This document shows positions 30,784 through 41,597 of a stretch of 64,000 nt of DNA, piece by piece. The stretch is from the IMG/VR virus record IMGVR_UViG_3300001528_000259, positions 1-64,000 of that record; one strand, written 5' to 3'. Position numbers and translations under genes: made by a program. The notes under the pieces were generated by a model. The model was not told the origin of the DNA. It worked only from the letters and a program-made list of their open reading frames with translations, and did not search any database. Numbering within the stretch: position 1 is the stretch's first letter; every line of letters begins with the position of its first letter. Source of the stretch: a virus. Lineage: Duplodnaviria > Caudoviricetes.

Positions 30784-31539
30784 ATGAGTGTTTTAATTGA
30801 TATAACAGGTAACAAATACGGACATTTAACAGTATTGGAGCGCTATATTGATGAGAATAGTAAAGACACGAAATGGAAGTGTATTTGTGATTGCGGAAAC
30901 CCCAATCCTGTTATTGTTTTCGGATATAACTTAAAAAATGGCAATACTACTTCGTGCGGGTGTGTTCATTTGAAGAATGGGCAAAAAACTGGTTCTATTT
31001 ATGGTCCAATTCAAGGTAAGAAAAATAAAAAATATAACAAATATGATTTGACAGGAGAATATGGAATTGGATATACATTAGATGGTAAAGAATTTTATTT
31101 TGACATCGAAGATTACGATATAATCAAAGATTATTGTTGGCATATTAATAAGAATGGGTATGTTGTTAATAAAACAAACAAAAAACCTATCTTGATGCAT
31201 AGATTAGTGATGGGGGTAGATAATATTTCATCAGAATTAGAAGTTGATCATATTCATCATAAAACAAATGATAATCGTAAAAGTGAACTGAGAATTGTAA
31301 CTTCATCTCAAAATAAAATGAATAAGGATAAGCAAGTTAATAATACATCTGGGGTAAGGGGTATATGGTTCAATAAAAATCTTAATCGTTGGGTGGCCGA
31401 TATTGGCGTCGATCATAAAACAATTCATCTTGGTACATATTATACAATTGATGAAGCAGCAAAAGCAAGAAAAGATGCTGAAATAAAATACTTTGGAGAA
31501 TACAGATATCAAGAAGGTGGTGATGAAGCCTATGACTGA
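30784..31539 (+). mobile_element. HNH/AP2 homing endonuclease inserted in the vWA-purA operon
   Basis: WKCICDCG, SCGC, MHRLVM...VDHI...DNRKSEL. Confidence 0.85.
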
Positions 31540-32704
31540 TATTAAAATCGTTATAGGAGCCTAGGTTGGCTTTGGAGACGAGGGAAAGGGCCTGATGGCG
31601 GATTATTTCTGCCACCAGGCAATTCAAAACAATAAAAAATGTTTAAATATTCTTTCCAATGGTGGCTCACAGCGTGGGCATACGGTAACGATGCCAGATG
31701 GTATAAGTCACGTTTTCCACCACTTTGGCAGTGGGACTTTTGCAAATGCAAGCACTTATTTCTCAAAATATTTTATTCTAAATCCAATGAATTTCGTTAG
31801 AGAATGGAACGAACTGAATGAATTAGGATATAATCCTGTTTCGTATTGCAGTCTCTTATGTAAATGGTCTACCCCTTATGATATGTTGGTGAATCAGATT
31901 GTAGAAACGCACCGGGGCGATAAGCGTCATGGGAGCTGTGGTGTTGGAATCTGGGAAACTGAATATCGTTATTCCGTAAAGCCGATGTTACATGATATCT
32001 ATTCATTTAATAATTTTGACACAGAGAAGAAAGTTGATATTCTCGAAGGACTTCGTGACGGATATTATACTGATCGTTTAGAACAACTTGGCGTAAATAA
32101 CATTCCTGATGAATACAGCGAGGTTTTTTATTCTAATGATTTGATTTATCATTTCTTGGCAGATGTGAATTTTATGTGTCGTCATATGATTCCAATATTT
32201 AACGAAAAATGTCTTAATGAATATTTTGATACTGTTGTGTTTGAAAATGGACAGGGATTGCTTCTGGACCAGTCACTTGAATCGTTTTACGGAGATAATC
32301 TTACGCCGAGCAACACTGGATCGATAAACGCTTATAATATGATCTCTAATGTATTTCCGAAAGCAAACGTTGAGTTGTGCTATGTAAGTAGGACATACAT
32401 GACTCGTCATGGTGCTGGTAGATTTGTCACAGAATGTGATAAGTCTAATATCAATAAAGATATGATTGACCAGCATAATGTGACCAATGAATTTCAGGGA
32501 AGTTTAAGATATGGTGAGTTAATAGTTCCACAATTAATTTCTCGCGTCTCTAATGATGCTCAGAAATTTAAAGATGCTAAAGTTTCTATTGCAATGACGC
32601 ATACGAATGAATTTAACAATATTGATTACGATAAACTTTCAAAATTTAATATCTACGCATCGGACGATAGGACAAGAGACAGCATAAAGAGTATCAAGTT
32701 GTAA
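31532..32704 (+). CDS. purA: Adenylosuccinate-synthetase-like protein with an in-frame TAG at codon 11
   Basis: MTDIKIVIGA*VGFGDEGKG, GGSQRGHTV, HGSCGVG, FENGQGLLLD, RTYMTRHGAG. Confidence 0.8.
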
Positions 32705-32783
32705 ATTAATTGTAAACTCCATCATAAGTATCTTGACAAACTAAAGTCTTCGCACTATAATTATGGTACAATACAAAATGATT
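32699..32783 (+). promoter_or_regulatory. Promoter: tandem box, TTGACA-17-TATAAT, repeated element
   Basis: Box 32699, -35 32733, -10 32756, element 32774. Confidence 0.8.
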
Positions 32784-32798
32784 AAGGAGAAAAAAGAA

Positions 32799-33428
32799 AT
32801 GAGTTATTGGACGCATATTACAGGCACGATTATTGTATGCCCTATGGGACGCACACAATCAGAAAAAAGATATATCCTTGAAACTGTATTAGATCATTTG
32901 CCATTAGTTACGGGCTCCGAGGAAGATATGAACGTTCATATTATTCAAAGAGCAGGATATAATTGTTCTTGCTCTTGTGATGAGTTTGGTATGCAAACTA
33001 ATAAGTTGAAAGATAGTTATGGAAACCGTAACCAAAGATGTGGTTGGTTAGACACACAAGATGAATATATTATAGTTGTTGAGGGAGATTTAAGGGACAG
33101 ATTTCTTAGTGACACATACAAAGAATTTGTCAATTGGTTATGTAGGTTGGCCAAGAGGGTTCTTGTACATAATGTATTGGTAAACATTAACAGTAGTGAT
33201 AATGGTAATCGTATTATTTATGAAGATGGGTATTATAATCCTTATGCAGAGATGTTTGAAGAGCCTTCATGGATAAACGACGGCAATAAGCCTAATTGGT
33301 GTGAGTATCTACTCTGGGATAGAGCTAAAGATAGTGATATGCCAATGATGTTGATGTATAAATATATTGAAGATAAAGAAAACGACGAAGAGGTAAAACG
33401 CAGACTACGTTATGAAGAGGGAGAGTAA
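32799..33428 (+). CDS. Hypothetical phage protein
   Basis: AGGAG RBS; TGSE and GDLRDR motifs. Confidence 0.75.
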   Translation: MSYWTHITGTIIVCPMGRTQSEKRYILETVLDHLPLVTGSEEDMNVHIIQRAGYNCSCSCDEFGMQTNKLKDSYGNRNQRCGWLDTQDEYIIVVEGDLRDRFLSDTYKEFVNWLCRLAKRVLVHNVLVNINSSDNGNRIIYEDGYYNPYAEMFEEPSWINDGNKPNWCEYLLWDRAKDSDMPMMLMYKYIEDKENDEEVKRRLRYEEGE

Positions 33429-34330
33429 TGATGAAAGATACACAAGGAAAACTCACTTATGACGAATTTATCAATAGCATTCTTAAAACTCGCGGACGTT
33501 TTGCTTGTGGCGAGGAATACCACGAAAGACATCATATTAAGCCTAAGTGTATTGGTGGCTTAGACGAAGAAGATAACTTGATTGATCTGTTTGCAAGGGA
33601 ACATTTTGAAGCGCATCGATTGTTAGCGTTGGAGAATCCAGATAACACGAAATTAGTGTATGCCTGGTATGTTATTACACATTGTAAAAACCAATATCAA
33701 GAAAGATATATGGCCAGTGCAGAAGAATATGACGAAGCAAAGGAAGCGTGGAGCAAACAATACAGCGAATCAATACGTGGTGAAAAACATTGGGATTGTT
33801 CTGGTGCAAATAATCCTAATTATGGGAAGCCAAGATCCGAAGAAACTAAGAAAAAAATTAGTCGGGCTAACACTGGCAAACCAAGCGCAATGAAAGGAAA
33901 ACATCATTCAGAAAATACACGCAAAAATATTAGTATAAAAGCCAAAGAAAGATTAAAAAACAAAGAAAATCATCCGTGGTTTGGTAGAAATCATTCAGAA
34001 GAATCAAAAAAACTACTAAGTGAATTACAAAAAGAAAGATTAAAAAATCCAGAAAACCATCCGATGTATGGCAAACATCTTGCGGAGGAAACAAGGAATA
34101 AATTGCGTGAAAAAGCTAAAGAACGATATAAAGATCCTGCAAATCATCCAAACGCTCGTCGTGTTGTTCGTTTGTCTGATTTGAAAATTTATGGTTATTT
34201 AATGCAAGCGGCACAAGATAATAATATTAGTAGATATACCATGAGAAGATACTGCAAACAACATAAAGATTTTATGTATTATGATGAGTATTTGATTCAA
34301 CAAAATGATTTAAAGGAGGGTGATCAATGA
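33428..34330 (+). mobile_element. HNH homing endonuclease with NUMOD3 repeats
   Basis: ERHHIKPKCIGG...EHFEAHRLL; HSEE..K repeats; paralog of 28328..29173. Confidence 0.85.
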
Positions 34331-34695
34331 TGTCATATTCTATCGAATTTCGCGTTCCTGTAAAAGGGCTCGAAGATTACTATATTGATGTAGGGAATTG
34401 CTATGCCAATATTACTTGGAATCTACGCGAGATGATTATGCAGTCTACGGGGCTTGAGTGGAAAAACGAAAAGAACAACGGCTTGTGCAAAGATGTTATT
34501 CCACATATTGCACATGGCTATGCAGAACTTGTACAGAATCCAGAAAAGTATAAGCAGTATGAGGCTGAAAATGGTTGGGGAACGATACAAGGTTGTCGTA
34601 ATTTCTTCCGTCAAATACTGGATGATTGGGATGCGTTCTGTAACGATTATGAGACGAGGGATTTGGTTGATGTAACATATTTTTGGATTTGTTAG
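34327..34695 (+). CDS. Hypothetical phage protein (NITWN...NGWG)
   Basis: RBS plus ORF. Confidence 0.7.
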   Translation: MMSYSIEFRVPVKGLEDYYIDVGNCYANITWNLREMIMQSTGLEWKNEKNNGLCKDVIPHIAHGYAELVQNPEKYKQYEAENGWGTIQGCRNFFRQILDDWDAFCNDYETRDLVDVTYFWIC

Positions 34696-34728
34696 TTAAC
34701 AATACGAAATGATTAAGGAGAGAAGGAT

Positions 34729-34965
34729 ATGAGTACATTAGGAAAACCAAAATTTACATATAACGATGTGGTTAACTTTGAACTGGAGCACAACGACAAG
34801 ACATACACTTGTGTAGGTAAGGTATATATTGTTGATAAGTGGGGTTGTTGTGGGATTGATGATGAACCTTGTTACGATGTTATGGTTGAGGACTTTTTAG
34901 GCGACGGACAACCATGTTTAGTCAAGCATATCAGAGAGTCAGATGTGAGGACAATTGTTGAGTAA
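34729..34965 (+). CDS. Hypothetical protein
   Basis: RBS plus ORF. Confidence 0.7.
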   Translation: MSTLGKPKFTYNDVVNFELEHNDKTYTCVGKVYIVDKWGCCGIDDEPCYDVMVEDFLGDGQPCLVKHIRESDVRTIVE

Positions 34966-35044
34966 CATTATGATTAATGTTTACTATTATAGACGAATGA
35001 TATAGTTTGTTTATATATAAAGACATAGAGGGGGTGGTGAGGAT

Positions 35045-36082
35045 GTGTTCGAAGAAGTAAAAGAAAAACTATTAGAGCAACCAGAGTCGATAGAGCATAT
35101 CCTCGATGCCTTTGGATTTAGCGGAATCCGTAGCAACTATAAGGAAATCAGGTGCGCATTTGAAGAGGGTATGAATCCAACTGCGGTTGTGATTAGACTA
35201 CAAGATAATGATAATCTTTTTGTAAAGGATTGGGAGAGGAATGTCTCACTTGATCTTATAAATTATCTTGTGAAAGTAAAGAGTATTCCATTTAAAGATG
35301 TAATGAATGCTATTAAGCAGGAGCTACATCTTGAGTCTTTATATAACTATAAACGAAGAGTTGGTTTGTTTAATGGTCTTTATGATAATATCAGCCGAAA
35401 TAACAGCGAAACATCGCTAACTACTTACCCAGAAGAGATACTTAAACAATATGGCAATACACCTAATACCCTTTGGCTTAAGGATGGAATTTCATTAAGT
35501 ACTCAGCGAAAATGGAACGTAGGATATGACGTTCTCAGCCAAAGAATCACTTTTCCTATAAGAACTTCCACAGGCGAGATTATGGCAATCAAAGGCAGGC
35601 TTAATGGTATCCCAGAAGAGTTTGAGCCTAAGTATCTATATCTTGTTAATGGTCCGATGAGCCAAACGCTTTTCGGATATTCGGAAAATTATAGTTCGTT
35701 ATATGAGAATGATATTCTTGTGGTTGAATCTGAAAAAAGTGTGCTTAAAATGAGTTCTTGGCAATATAACAATGTAGTTGCTCTCGGCAGCAACTCATTA
35801 AGTACAACTCAGGCAAAATTGCTATTGTCTTTGAACCCTAAGAGTGTAACATTTCTACTTGATAAAACACTTCCATTAGAAAATACAAAGCGTAATGTAG
35901 ATTTGCTTAAAACATTTTGCGCAATGAGATCGCTGAAAGTTTTTTACTGGGACTGGCAAGACAATATAACATTGGATGATAAATCAGCACCTTGCGATGA
36001 TACAAAAGAAGAATTTGAGTATATTTTAAAAGAAGAAGTTAAACCAATAGAAAATCTAACAGAAGAAGAGGATGAAATATGA
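35045..36082 (+). CDS. dnaG: DNA primase (Toprim), Zn-binding domain degenerate
   Basis: RITFPIR, KGR, PKYLY, LVVESEKS, VALG. Confidence 0.8.
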   Translation: MFEEVKEKLLEQPESIEHILDAFGFSGIRSNYKEIRCAFEEGMNPTAVVIRLQDNDNLFVKDWERNVSLDLINYLVKVKSIPFKDVMNAIKQELHLESLYNYKRRVGLFNGLYDNISRNNSETSLTTYPEEILKQYGNTPNTLWLKDGISLSTQRKWNVGYDVLSQRITFPIRTSTGEIMAIKGRLNGIPEEFEPKYLYLVNGPMSQTLFGYSENYSSLYENDILVVESEKSVLKMSSWQYNNVVALGSNSLSTTQAKLLLSLNPKSVTFLLDKTLPLENTKRNVDLLKTFCAMRSLKVFYWDWQDNITLDDKSAPCDDTKEEFEYILKEEVKPIENLTEEEDEI

Positions 36083-36483
36083 AAGAATTTATGAAACCAA
36101 TGATTTATACTGCGGAAAGAAAACAGCCCGAGCAAATAGCAGCTGGTACATATAAGGGGCTTGATTATTATGTACTGAGTTTGGGCACACATCCATGTGG
36201 CTATGTGAACGTTGTAGGCACTAAGTTATATGGTAAAGATTATGATGACATAGATATTGAATGTCATGGCGGACTTACTTATGCAAATAAAAGCCTTAGA
36301 ACCGTTAATGACACTGGCTGGTTTATTGGATTCGATTATGCGCATTACGGAGATTATATGGGGTACGATTCTCTGTATTCGTTCGATTTAACATCCGACG
36401 ACAAACGTTGGACCACCGAAGAAATTGTAGAAGAATGCAAGAATGTAATCGAACAGATTATACGATTGGAGAATGAAATATGA
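36079..36483 (+). CDS. Hypothetical phage protein (CGYV...HGGLTY...GFDYAH)
   Basis: Motif-rich ORF. Confidence 0.75.
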   Translation: MKEFMKPMIYTAERKQPEQIAAGTYKGLDYYVLSLGTHPCGYVNVVGTKLYGKDYDDIDIECHGGLTYANKSLRTVNDTGWFIGFDYAHYGDYMGYDSLYSFDLTSDDKRWTTEEIVEECKNVIEQIIRLENEI

Positions 36484-36812
36484 TTATTTACCAACTACAC
36501 GAGACATCAGGTGAGTACGAAGACTACATGGATCGAATCGTAGGTTCTTATATCCGTCTCGAACGAGCCAAGGAAAAAAAGATGAGATATGAAAAAGAAT
36601 CTGCTGAAAGAATTTTAAATTTTAGGCATTGCATGGGTTGCCCATATATCAATGAAGATTTAGAAAATGAAGAGATGATAAAGCATATGAATACATATTG
36701 TGATCATAGCAAAATCTGTTGTGATGAAAACGGTGAGCCGTTATGTGCTAATTATACTGGTTGGCTTGATGAATGCAATTATTATCTTATAACTGTGGAG
36801 GTAATGGAATGA
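36480..36812 (+). CDS. Hypothetical protein
   Basis: ATGA overlap with the upstream gene. Confidence 0.65.
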   Translation: MIIYQLHETSGEYEDYMDRIVGSYIRLERAKEKKMRYEKESAERILNFRHCMGCPYINEDLENEEMIKHMNTYCDHSKICCDENGEPLCANYTGWLDECNYYLITVEVME

Positions 36813-36976
36813 CTAAACGAGAATTTTTCGAGAAAATTGCAGACTTGTTTGGTAGGAAAAACTGGATTGATTTTTCTACTGAAGAGAGAATTAAACTTTC
36901 TGATGTATACGATGATATTAGAATAGATGGTTATAACATTGGTTATGACGATGGTTACAACGATGGAGGAAATTAA
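36809..36976 (+). CDS. Small hypothetical protein
   Basis: GGAGG RBS. Confidence 0.55.
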   Translation: MTKREFFEKIADLFGRKNWIDFSTEERIKLSDVYDDIRIDGYNIGYDDGYNDGGN

Positions 36977-37297
36977 ATGACGGAACAAGAATACAATTCG
37001 CCCGTTACGATGGGAATACTAATGACGGTTTTCCAAGAGCAGATTAAAGCATTATATCCTCAAATTGATTCACTCAGCACTGCGATTCAACAGCGATGTG
37101 AATCTTATGATAGGATTCTTCATAAAATGGAAGATATTTTTGACAGTCTAATTAATAACTTTGAGGTTCTTCGTGCTTTTGTGATTGCCGCTTATGCTGA
37201 ATCGAAGGGTACTTCGACAGATAAAGCAGCCAAGATATATAATGAATATGCGAAAATGTTCAATAAAACGGGAGAGAAAAATGACTATTTGCGGTAA
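36977..37297 (+). CDS. Hypothetical protein
   Basis: GGAGG RBS. Confidence 0.7.
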   Translation: MTEQEYNSPVTMGILMTVFQEQIKALYPQIDSLSTAIQQRCESYDRILHKMEDIFDSLINNFEVLRAFVIAAYAESKGTSTDKAAKIYNEYAKMFNKTGEKNDYLR

Positions 37298-37712
37298 AAC
37301 AGATTGTGAAGGTTGCATTGTCAAATATGCAAATGATATTAATTTTTGTAAGACAGAAAGAAGGAAGAAGAATATGAACACTAATTTTCTTGAACTTATA
37401 AAACAGCATCCGGACTATCCCATTATTCCACGAGTAAATGCAGATATTATTTATGATGATATGTATGGATGGTATTATGGCGAATTCGGATACGCTTGTC
37501 TCGGCGAATTTCTTGACTATTCCGACGTGAACGAAAAGTGTTATGACGATCGTGATGATTTTATTGAAGATTGGATGGAAGATCGTTGTGATGATATTGA
37601 GTTGCGAGATATGAATGAACAGGAATTCGAGGATTGCGCGATCAAGGTTTGTGATGAGCAGAAGTGGCAGAAGGTGATTTTTGTGAATATCAATCCGTTT
37701 GAAGGAGTTTGA
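37281..37712 (+). CDS. Hypothetical protein
   Basis: Start uncertain (37281 or 37374). Confidence 0.6.
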   Translation: MTICGKTDCEGCIVKYANDINFCKTERRKKNMNTNFLELIKQHPDYPIIPRVNADIIYDDMYGWYYGEFGYACLGEFLDYSDVNEKCYDDRDDFIEDWMEDRCDDIELRDMNEQEFEDCAIKVCDEQKWQKVIFVNINPFEGV

Positions 37713-37713
37713 G

Positions 37714-37950
37714 ATGGGTAAATTTATCATTAAGTTTAATTATCCAGGCACATATTTTGCATTTGTTGGTAATGGTGGAAGTTACATTCATCAGGGTGAA
37801 AAATATGTTGTTCTTGTTGAAGATTATGTCCAGGCAAAAAAGTATAAAACATGTGGAACTGCAAAAGCGGCTGTTAACAAGTTTACAAAAACTTGCGTTA
37901 ATTCGTCGTTTGATTATGAAATTATTGAGGTAGAAGACGATGAGCAATAA
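37714..37950 (+). CDS. Hypothetical protein
   Basis: AGGAG RBS. Confidence 0.65.
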   Translation: MGKFIIKFNYPGTYFAFVGNGGSYIHQGEKYVVLVEDYVQAKKYKTCGTAKAAVNKFTKTCVNSSFDYEIIEVEDDEQ

Positions 37951-38284
37951 ACTTACAACAATGGCAAGACAGCTTCTGCAAATCGAAGAAGATCTGCCTT
38001 TCCGTTTCGATTACACAAAAGAAAGAGCAACCGTAGATGACTTCACTATTTATTCTTTCGAGCAAGTATGGGGCGATACATCTTGCGGATTTGGTGGAAT
38101 TGCAGGGCAAGCAATAACGAAAGAAACAACCTATGTCTTTGTGCCGTGTGGTGTCAATCAAAAATGCTTTGTATATTTTGGTGGGAGGTTTGCTTATGCG
38201 GCTGATCCAATAGAAGAATTTTGGAATGACCTTAATTGTGAAAATATGGCTCCTGTTTATAAGAAGGGCAGGTATGCGCAATGA
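37940..38284 (+). CDS. Hypothetical phage protein
   Basis: FEQVWGDTSCGFGG motif. Confidence 0.7.
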   Translation: MSNKLTTMARQLLQIEEDLPFRFDYTKERATVDDFTIYSFEQVWGDTSCGFGGIAGQAITKETTYVFVPCGVNQKCFVYFGGRFAYAADPIEEFWNDLNCENMAPVYKKGRYAQ

Positions 38285-38386
38285 ACGAAGATATTAAAAC
38301 ATTGAATTTACTGTCGATGGACGATGCATCCACAATACGTGTTCCTGCGGTAAAGCCGTTTAGTATTTTAAAAGGAGAAAAACCTG

Positions 38387-38872
38387 ATGAAAAAATGTGA
38401 TTGTTATCACGAGCAAGCCGAACGTCATTATTTTACTGATTACGAACGTGGATTTGCAGCAGCACGAGGGGAAAGGCTTGCCAAATATGAAACCCGCACA
38501 TATGGTGTTTGTTGGGGCACAAAAGAATCAGATCGGTGTCAGTGCGGTGGCGATAAGATGAAGTGTGATTTCTATGCGGATGTTCGTAAAAAGGCAAAAG
38601 AAGAATTACGGAAAGAAAAAGAGAAGATTGCCATTTCTGTAGCGCCAAAGGCATTCGATGAAATTAAGGATTTGATTTATGGATTTTGGGGATCTGAGCC
38701 AATTTATTATGTTGGTAAAGATGATAGTGATGAAACCCGATTTGCAAAGTTATGTTGTTGTATTTTGGAAGTTATTGCTAATGTGGAAGATAGAAGTGAA
38801 ACTACCGTGTTTCAAGATATTAAAACTGGCTTAAAACAGGCGATTGCATATGAAAGGAAAGAGTATGAGTAA
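38387..38872 (+). CDS. Hypothetical protein
   Basis: AGGAG RBS. Confidence 0.65.
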   Translation: MKKCDCYHEQAERHYFTDYERGFAAARGERLAKYETRTYGVCWGTKESDRCQCGGDKMKCDFYADVRKKAKEELRKEKEKIAISVAPKAFDEIKDLIYGFWGSEPIYYVGKDDSDETRFAKLCCCILEVIANVEDRSETTVFQDIKTGLKQAIAYERKEYE

Positions 38873-39440
38873 AATATTTTATATTTCTGATGCACACATT
38901 TCACATTTTAACATACTTAGGTTTGACAACAGACCATTTGCAACCATAGAAGAAAATGATAGGGTTATTATGGAAAATTGGAACGCAGTCGTAGACAAAA
39001 ATGACATAGTATATACTTTAGGCGACATGCATTGGGGCAAAGCCGAAGAAGTGTATGAGTATGTAAGGCAACTAAGTGGTCGGAAGGTTTGCATTAGAGG
39101 TAATCATACGTTAAAGCAATTTCCTGCAAAGTTGCGAAATCTATTTGAAGATGTGTGTGATTATAAAGAAATTACTGATAATGGTAGGCACGTAATTATG
39201 TGCCATTATCCAATTCTATGTTATAAAGGTTCCTATGACTCCAAAACTTATATGTTACATGGGCATACACATCAAACAAGAGAGCAACAGTTTGTTGAAA
39301 AATGGACAAAAGAATTAAAAGATAGCAAAAGAGAAAATAGCGATAGTTGTGGGAACATAATCAACGTCGGAGTAATGATGCCATATATGAATTATATGCC
39401 AAGAACATTAGACGAGATTTTGGAGGGGAACAATGACTAA
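38865..39440 (+). CDS. Calcineurin-like metallophosphoesterase
   Basis: SDAH, LGD, GNH, HGHTH motifs. Confidence 0.85.
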   Translation: MSKIFYISDAHISHFNILRFDNRPFATIEENDRVIMENWNAVVDKNDIVYTLGDMHWGKAEEVYEYVRQLSGRKVCIRGNHTLKQFPAKLRNLFEDVCDYKEITDNGRHVIMCHYPILCYKGSYDSKTYMLHGHTHQTREQQFVEKWTKELKDSKRENSDSCGNIINVGVMMPYMNYMPRTLDEILEGNND

Positions 39441-39720
39441 TTTGGAGAGACTAAGGTCGATAAATATAGATGATTTAGCAGAATGGTTGGACGAATATGG
39501 GGCATTTGATGGCAGCTTGTGGATTCAATGGTGGGATAATAAATACTGTAAGAATTGTGAGTCAATTATGGTTAAATGGCCAGATTCTATAGATCCAGAA
39601 ACGTTACATGAATGTGCATATTGTGAAATTGAAGGAAATTGTAGATTCTTCCCTGAAATAACAGAAGTGCCTGATAATAAAAATATTATTAAACTCTGGT
39701 TAGAAAGCGAGATCGAATAA
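39433..39720 (+). CDS. Hypothetical protein
   Basis: RBS plus ORF. Confidence 0.7.
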   Translation: MTNLERLRSINIDDLAEWLDEYGAFDGSLWIQWWDNKYCKNCESIMVKWPDSIDPETLHECAYCEIEGNCRFFPEITEVPDNKNIIKLWLESEIE

Positions 39721-39941
39721 TGATAAAATACTTTTGTGATTTATGCGGGAAAGAATTAAATCCTAAACCGTATTGTAATAATGATGATCCAGATAATTAT
39801 ACTTATGGCACAATAAATATAGATTTTAATTTTATAGAATTTAAAATTAAAGATGTTTGCAAAGGTTGTGCAGATAAATTTAACAAGATTACAGAAGATG
39901 ATATGATGGAGTTTATTAAGAGCAAGATGCGTGGAGGATGA
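39720..39941 (+). CDS. Small Zn-finger protein
   Basis: CDLCG...CKGC. Confidence 0.65.
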   Translation: MIKYFCDLCGKELNPKPYCNNDDPDNYTYGTINIDFNFIEFKIKDVCKGCADKFNKITEDDMMEFIKSKMRGG

Positions 39942-39947
39942 TGAAGA

Positions 39948-41585
39948 TTGATAAAACAACTTGGTGCCAAGATAAATGGCAGAGGGATGGAGAATGACTT
40001 AGAAATAATTGATGCGATATTAGAGAATAGAGATATAGATAACATTGCTGATTTTTTACATCCCACAGAAGAAGCTATGATACCGTTTGACGAAATGTTG
40101 GGGTTACAAGAAGCATATCAGTTAGTTGATGACGCGATTACGATGGATGAAAAAATCGTAATCCATGCAGATATTGATGCAGATGGTATCAGCGCAGGAA
40201 CTATTTTGTTTAAGTATTTACAAGCAAAGGGTACAGATGTTAAATGCATTATAAACAAAGGTAAAAAACATGGAGTCGCAGAGCTTGATTTAGGTTTATT
40301 GGATGATGCAGATGTTTTAATTATAGCAGACTCAATTGATAACGATCCTGAGGTTTATAAAAGGATAGTCGCAACTGGTGTTAGGCTTTGTGTAATGGAT
40401 CACCACATCCCATCAAGAAAATTGTTGGAGTCTGATGTGCCATTTATTTTAGTGAGCTCTGCAAACTACTACTCAAATAAGGAGCTTTCGGGTGCAGGTG
40501 TCTGCCTAAAGTTTGCGCTATTTTGTGACTATATGAACTGCGAAAGTCTTGTGGACGATTTGGGACTATGGGCATATGCGGCAATTGGTATGGTCGCGGA
40601 TGTAGTTTCGATGAGATCACCAGAGAATCGTTATATTGTTTATAAAGGGCTGCAATATTATGATAATCCAATGATTAAAAAGTTGATTGGGAATTATATG
40701 TTTGACAGCACCGCAATAAGCTTTAGTATAGCTCCTGCGGTAAATGCTGCAATGAGAACAAACAATAACGAAACGGCAATGAAGTTATTTTTATCGAATA
40801 ATATTAATGAAATTGAGGAACTTGCCAACCAAACAAATGAATTTAAGGCACTTCAAAATCAAGTCGTAGATGAACTTATGGAAGATGTGTTGGTGCAAGC
40901 AGAAACTCAGGCAGATAGAAAATGCATGATATTTATTTTACCAACCGATATTGATGCCGAAGTTTCGGGCTTAATCGCCAATAAAATCATGTCAATAGTT
41001 CAACGACCTGTGCTAGTTTTAAGAAATGTTATTGAAACAGATGAGAAGACTGGCGAAGTTACTAAACATGAACTATCGGGGAGCATGAGAGCTTGTGGTG
41101 TGGATTCGTTCAAAGAATACATAGAAAATACTGGTTACGGATGGGTAGCGGGGCACGAAAATGCAGCAGGTGTAGGATTTACAATAGACGAGTTTGAAAA
41201 TTTTAAGGTAGCAATTGAAGAAGCATTAAAAGATGTTGAATTTTCTACAAAGGTAGAAGCGGACATAGAATTGGCTCCAAGTCAAATTAATGAGAACTTA
41301 GTAAAACAATTAAGCGCGTTAAGTCGTGTGAGTGGGAAAGATTTTCCTGCAATAAGAGTTTTGGTGAGAACGGATAACTATGAAGTTAGTACGTTTTCCA
41401 CAAAGAAGCATTTAAAGATCATAGATGAGAGTGGGCTGTTAATAGTGAAATGGAATTGCTCTGACTGGCAGACAATGAAGAATGATAAAGAGTTGGTTGC
41501 TGTGGGAACATTGAGTAATCCGAGATATGGGAGAACGCAATATTTACAGCTTACTATTGATGAATTTACGCAACAAAATGATTAA
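39948..41585 (+). CDS. recJ: RecJ-like DHH ssDNA exonuclease
   Basis: DIDADG, DHH, GSMR, GHENAAG motifs. Confidence 0.9.
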   Translation: MIKQLGAKINGRGMENDLEIIDAILENRDIDNIADFLHPTEEAMIPFDEMLGLQEAYQLVDDAITMDEKIVIHADIDADGISAGTILFKYLQAKGTDVKCIINKGKKHGVAELDLGLLDDADVLIIADSIDNDPEVYKRIVATGVRLCVMDHHIPSRKLLESDVPFILVSSANYYSNKELSGAGVCLKFALFCDYMNCESLVDDLGLWAYAAIGMVADVVSMRSPENRYIVYKGLQYYDNPMIKKLIGNYMFDSTAISFSIAPAVNAAMRTNNNETAMKLFLSNNINEIEELANQTNEFKALQNQVVDELMEDVLVQAETQADRKCMIFILPTDIDAEVSGLIANKIMSIVQRPVLVLRNVIETDEKTGEVTKHELSGSMRACGVDSFKEYIENTGYGWVAGHENAAGVGFTIDEFENFKVAIEEALKDVEFSTKVEADIELAPSQINENLVKQLSALSRVSGKDFPAIRVLVRTDNYEVSTFSTKKHLKIIDESGLLIVKWNCSDWQTMKNDKELVAVGTLSNPRYGRTQYLQLTIDEFTQQND

Positions 41586-41597
41586 GGAGACGTACTT

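Noticed and set aside
31532-32704. PurZ / Z-genome biosynthesis
   Set aside because: The P-loop keeps Asp (GDEGKG), unlike PurZ, and I recognise no DatZ/MazZ-type partners nearby
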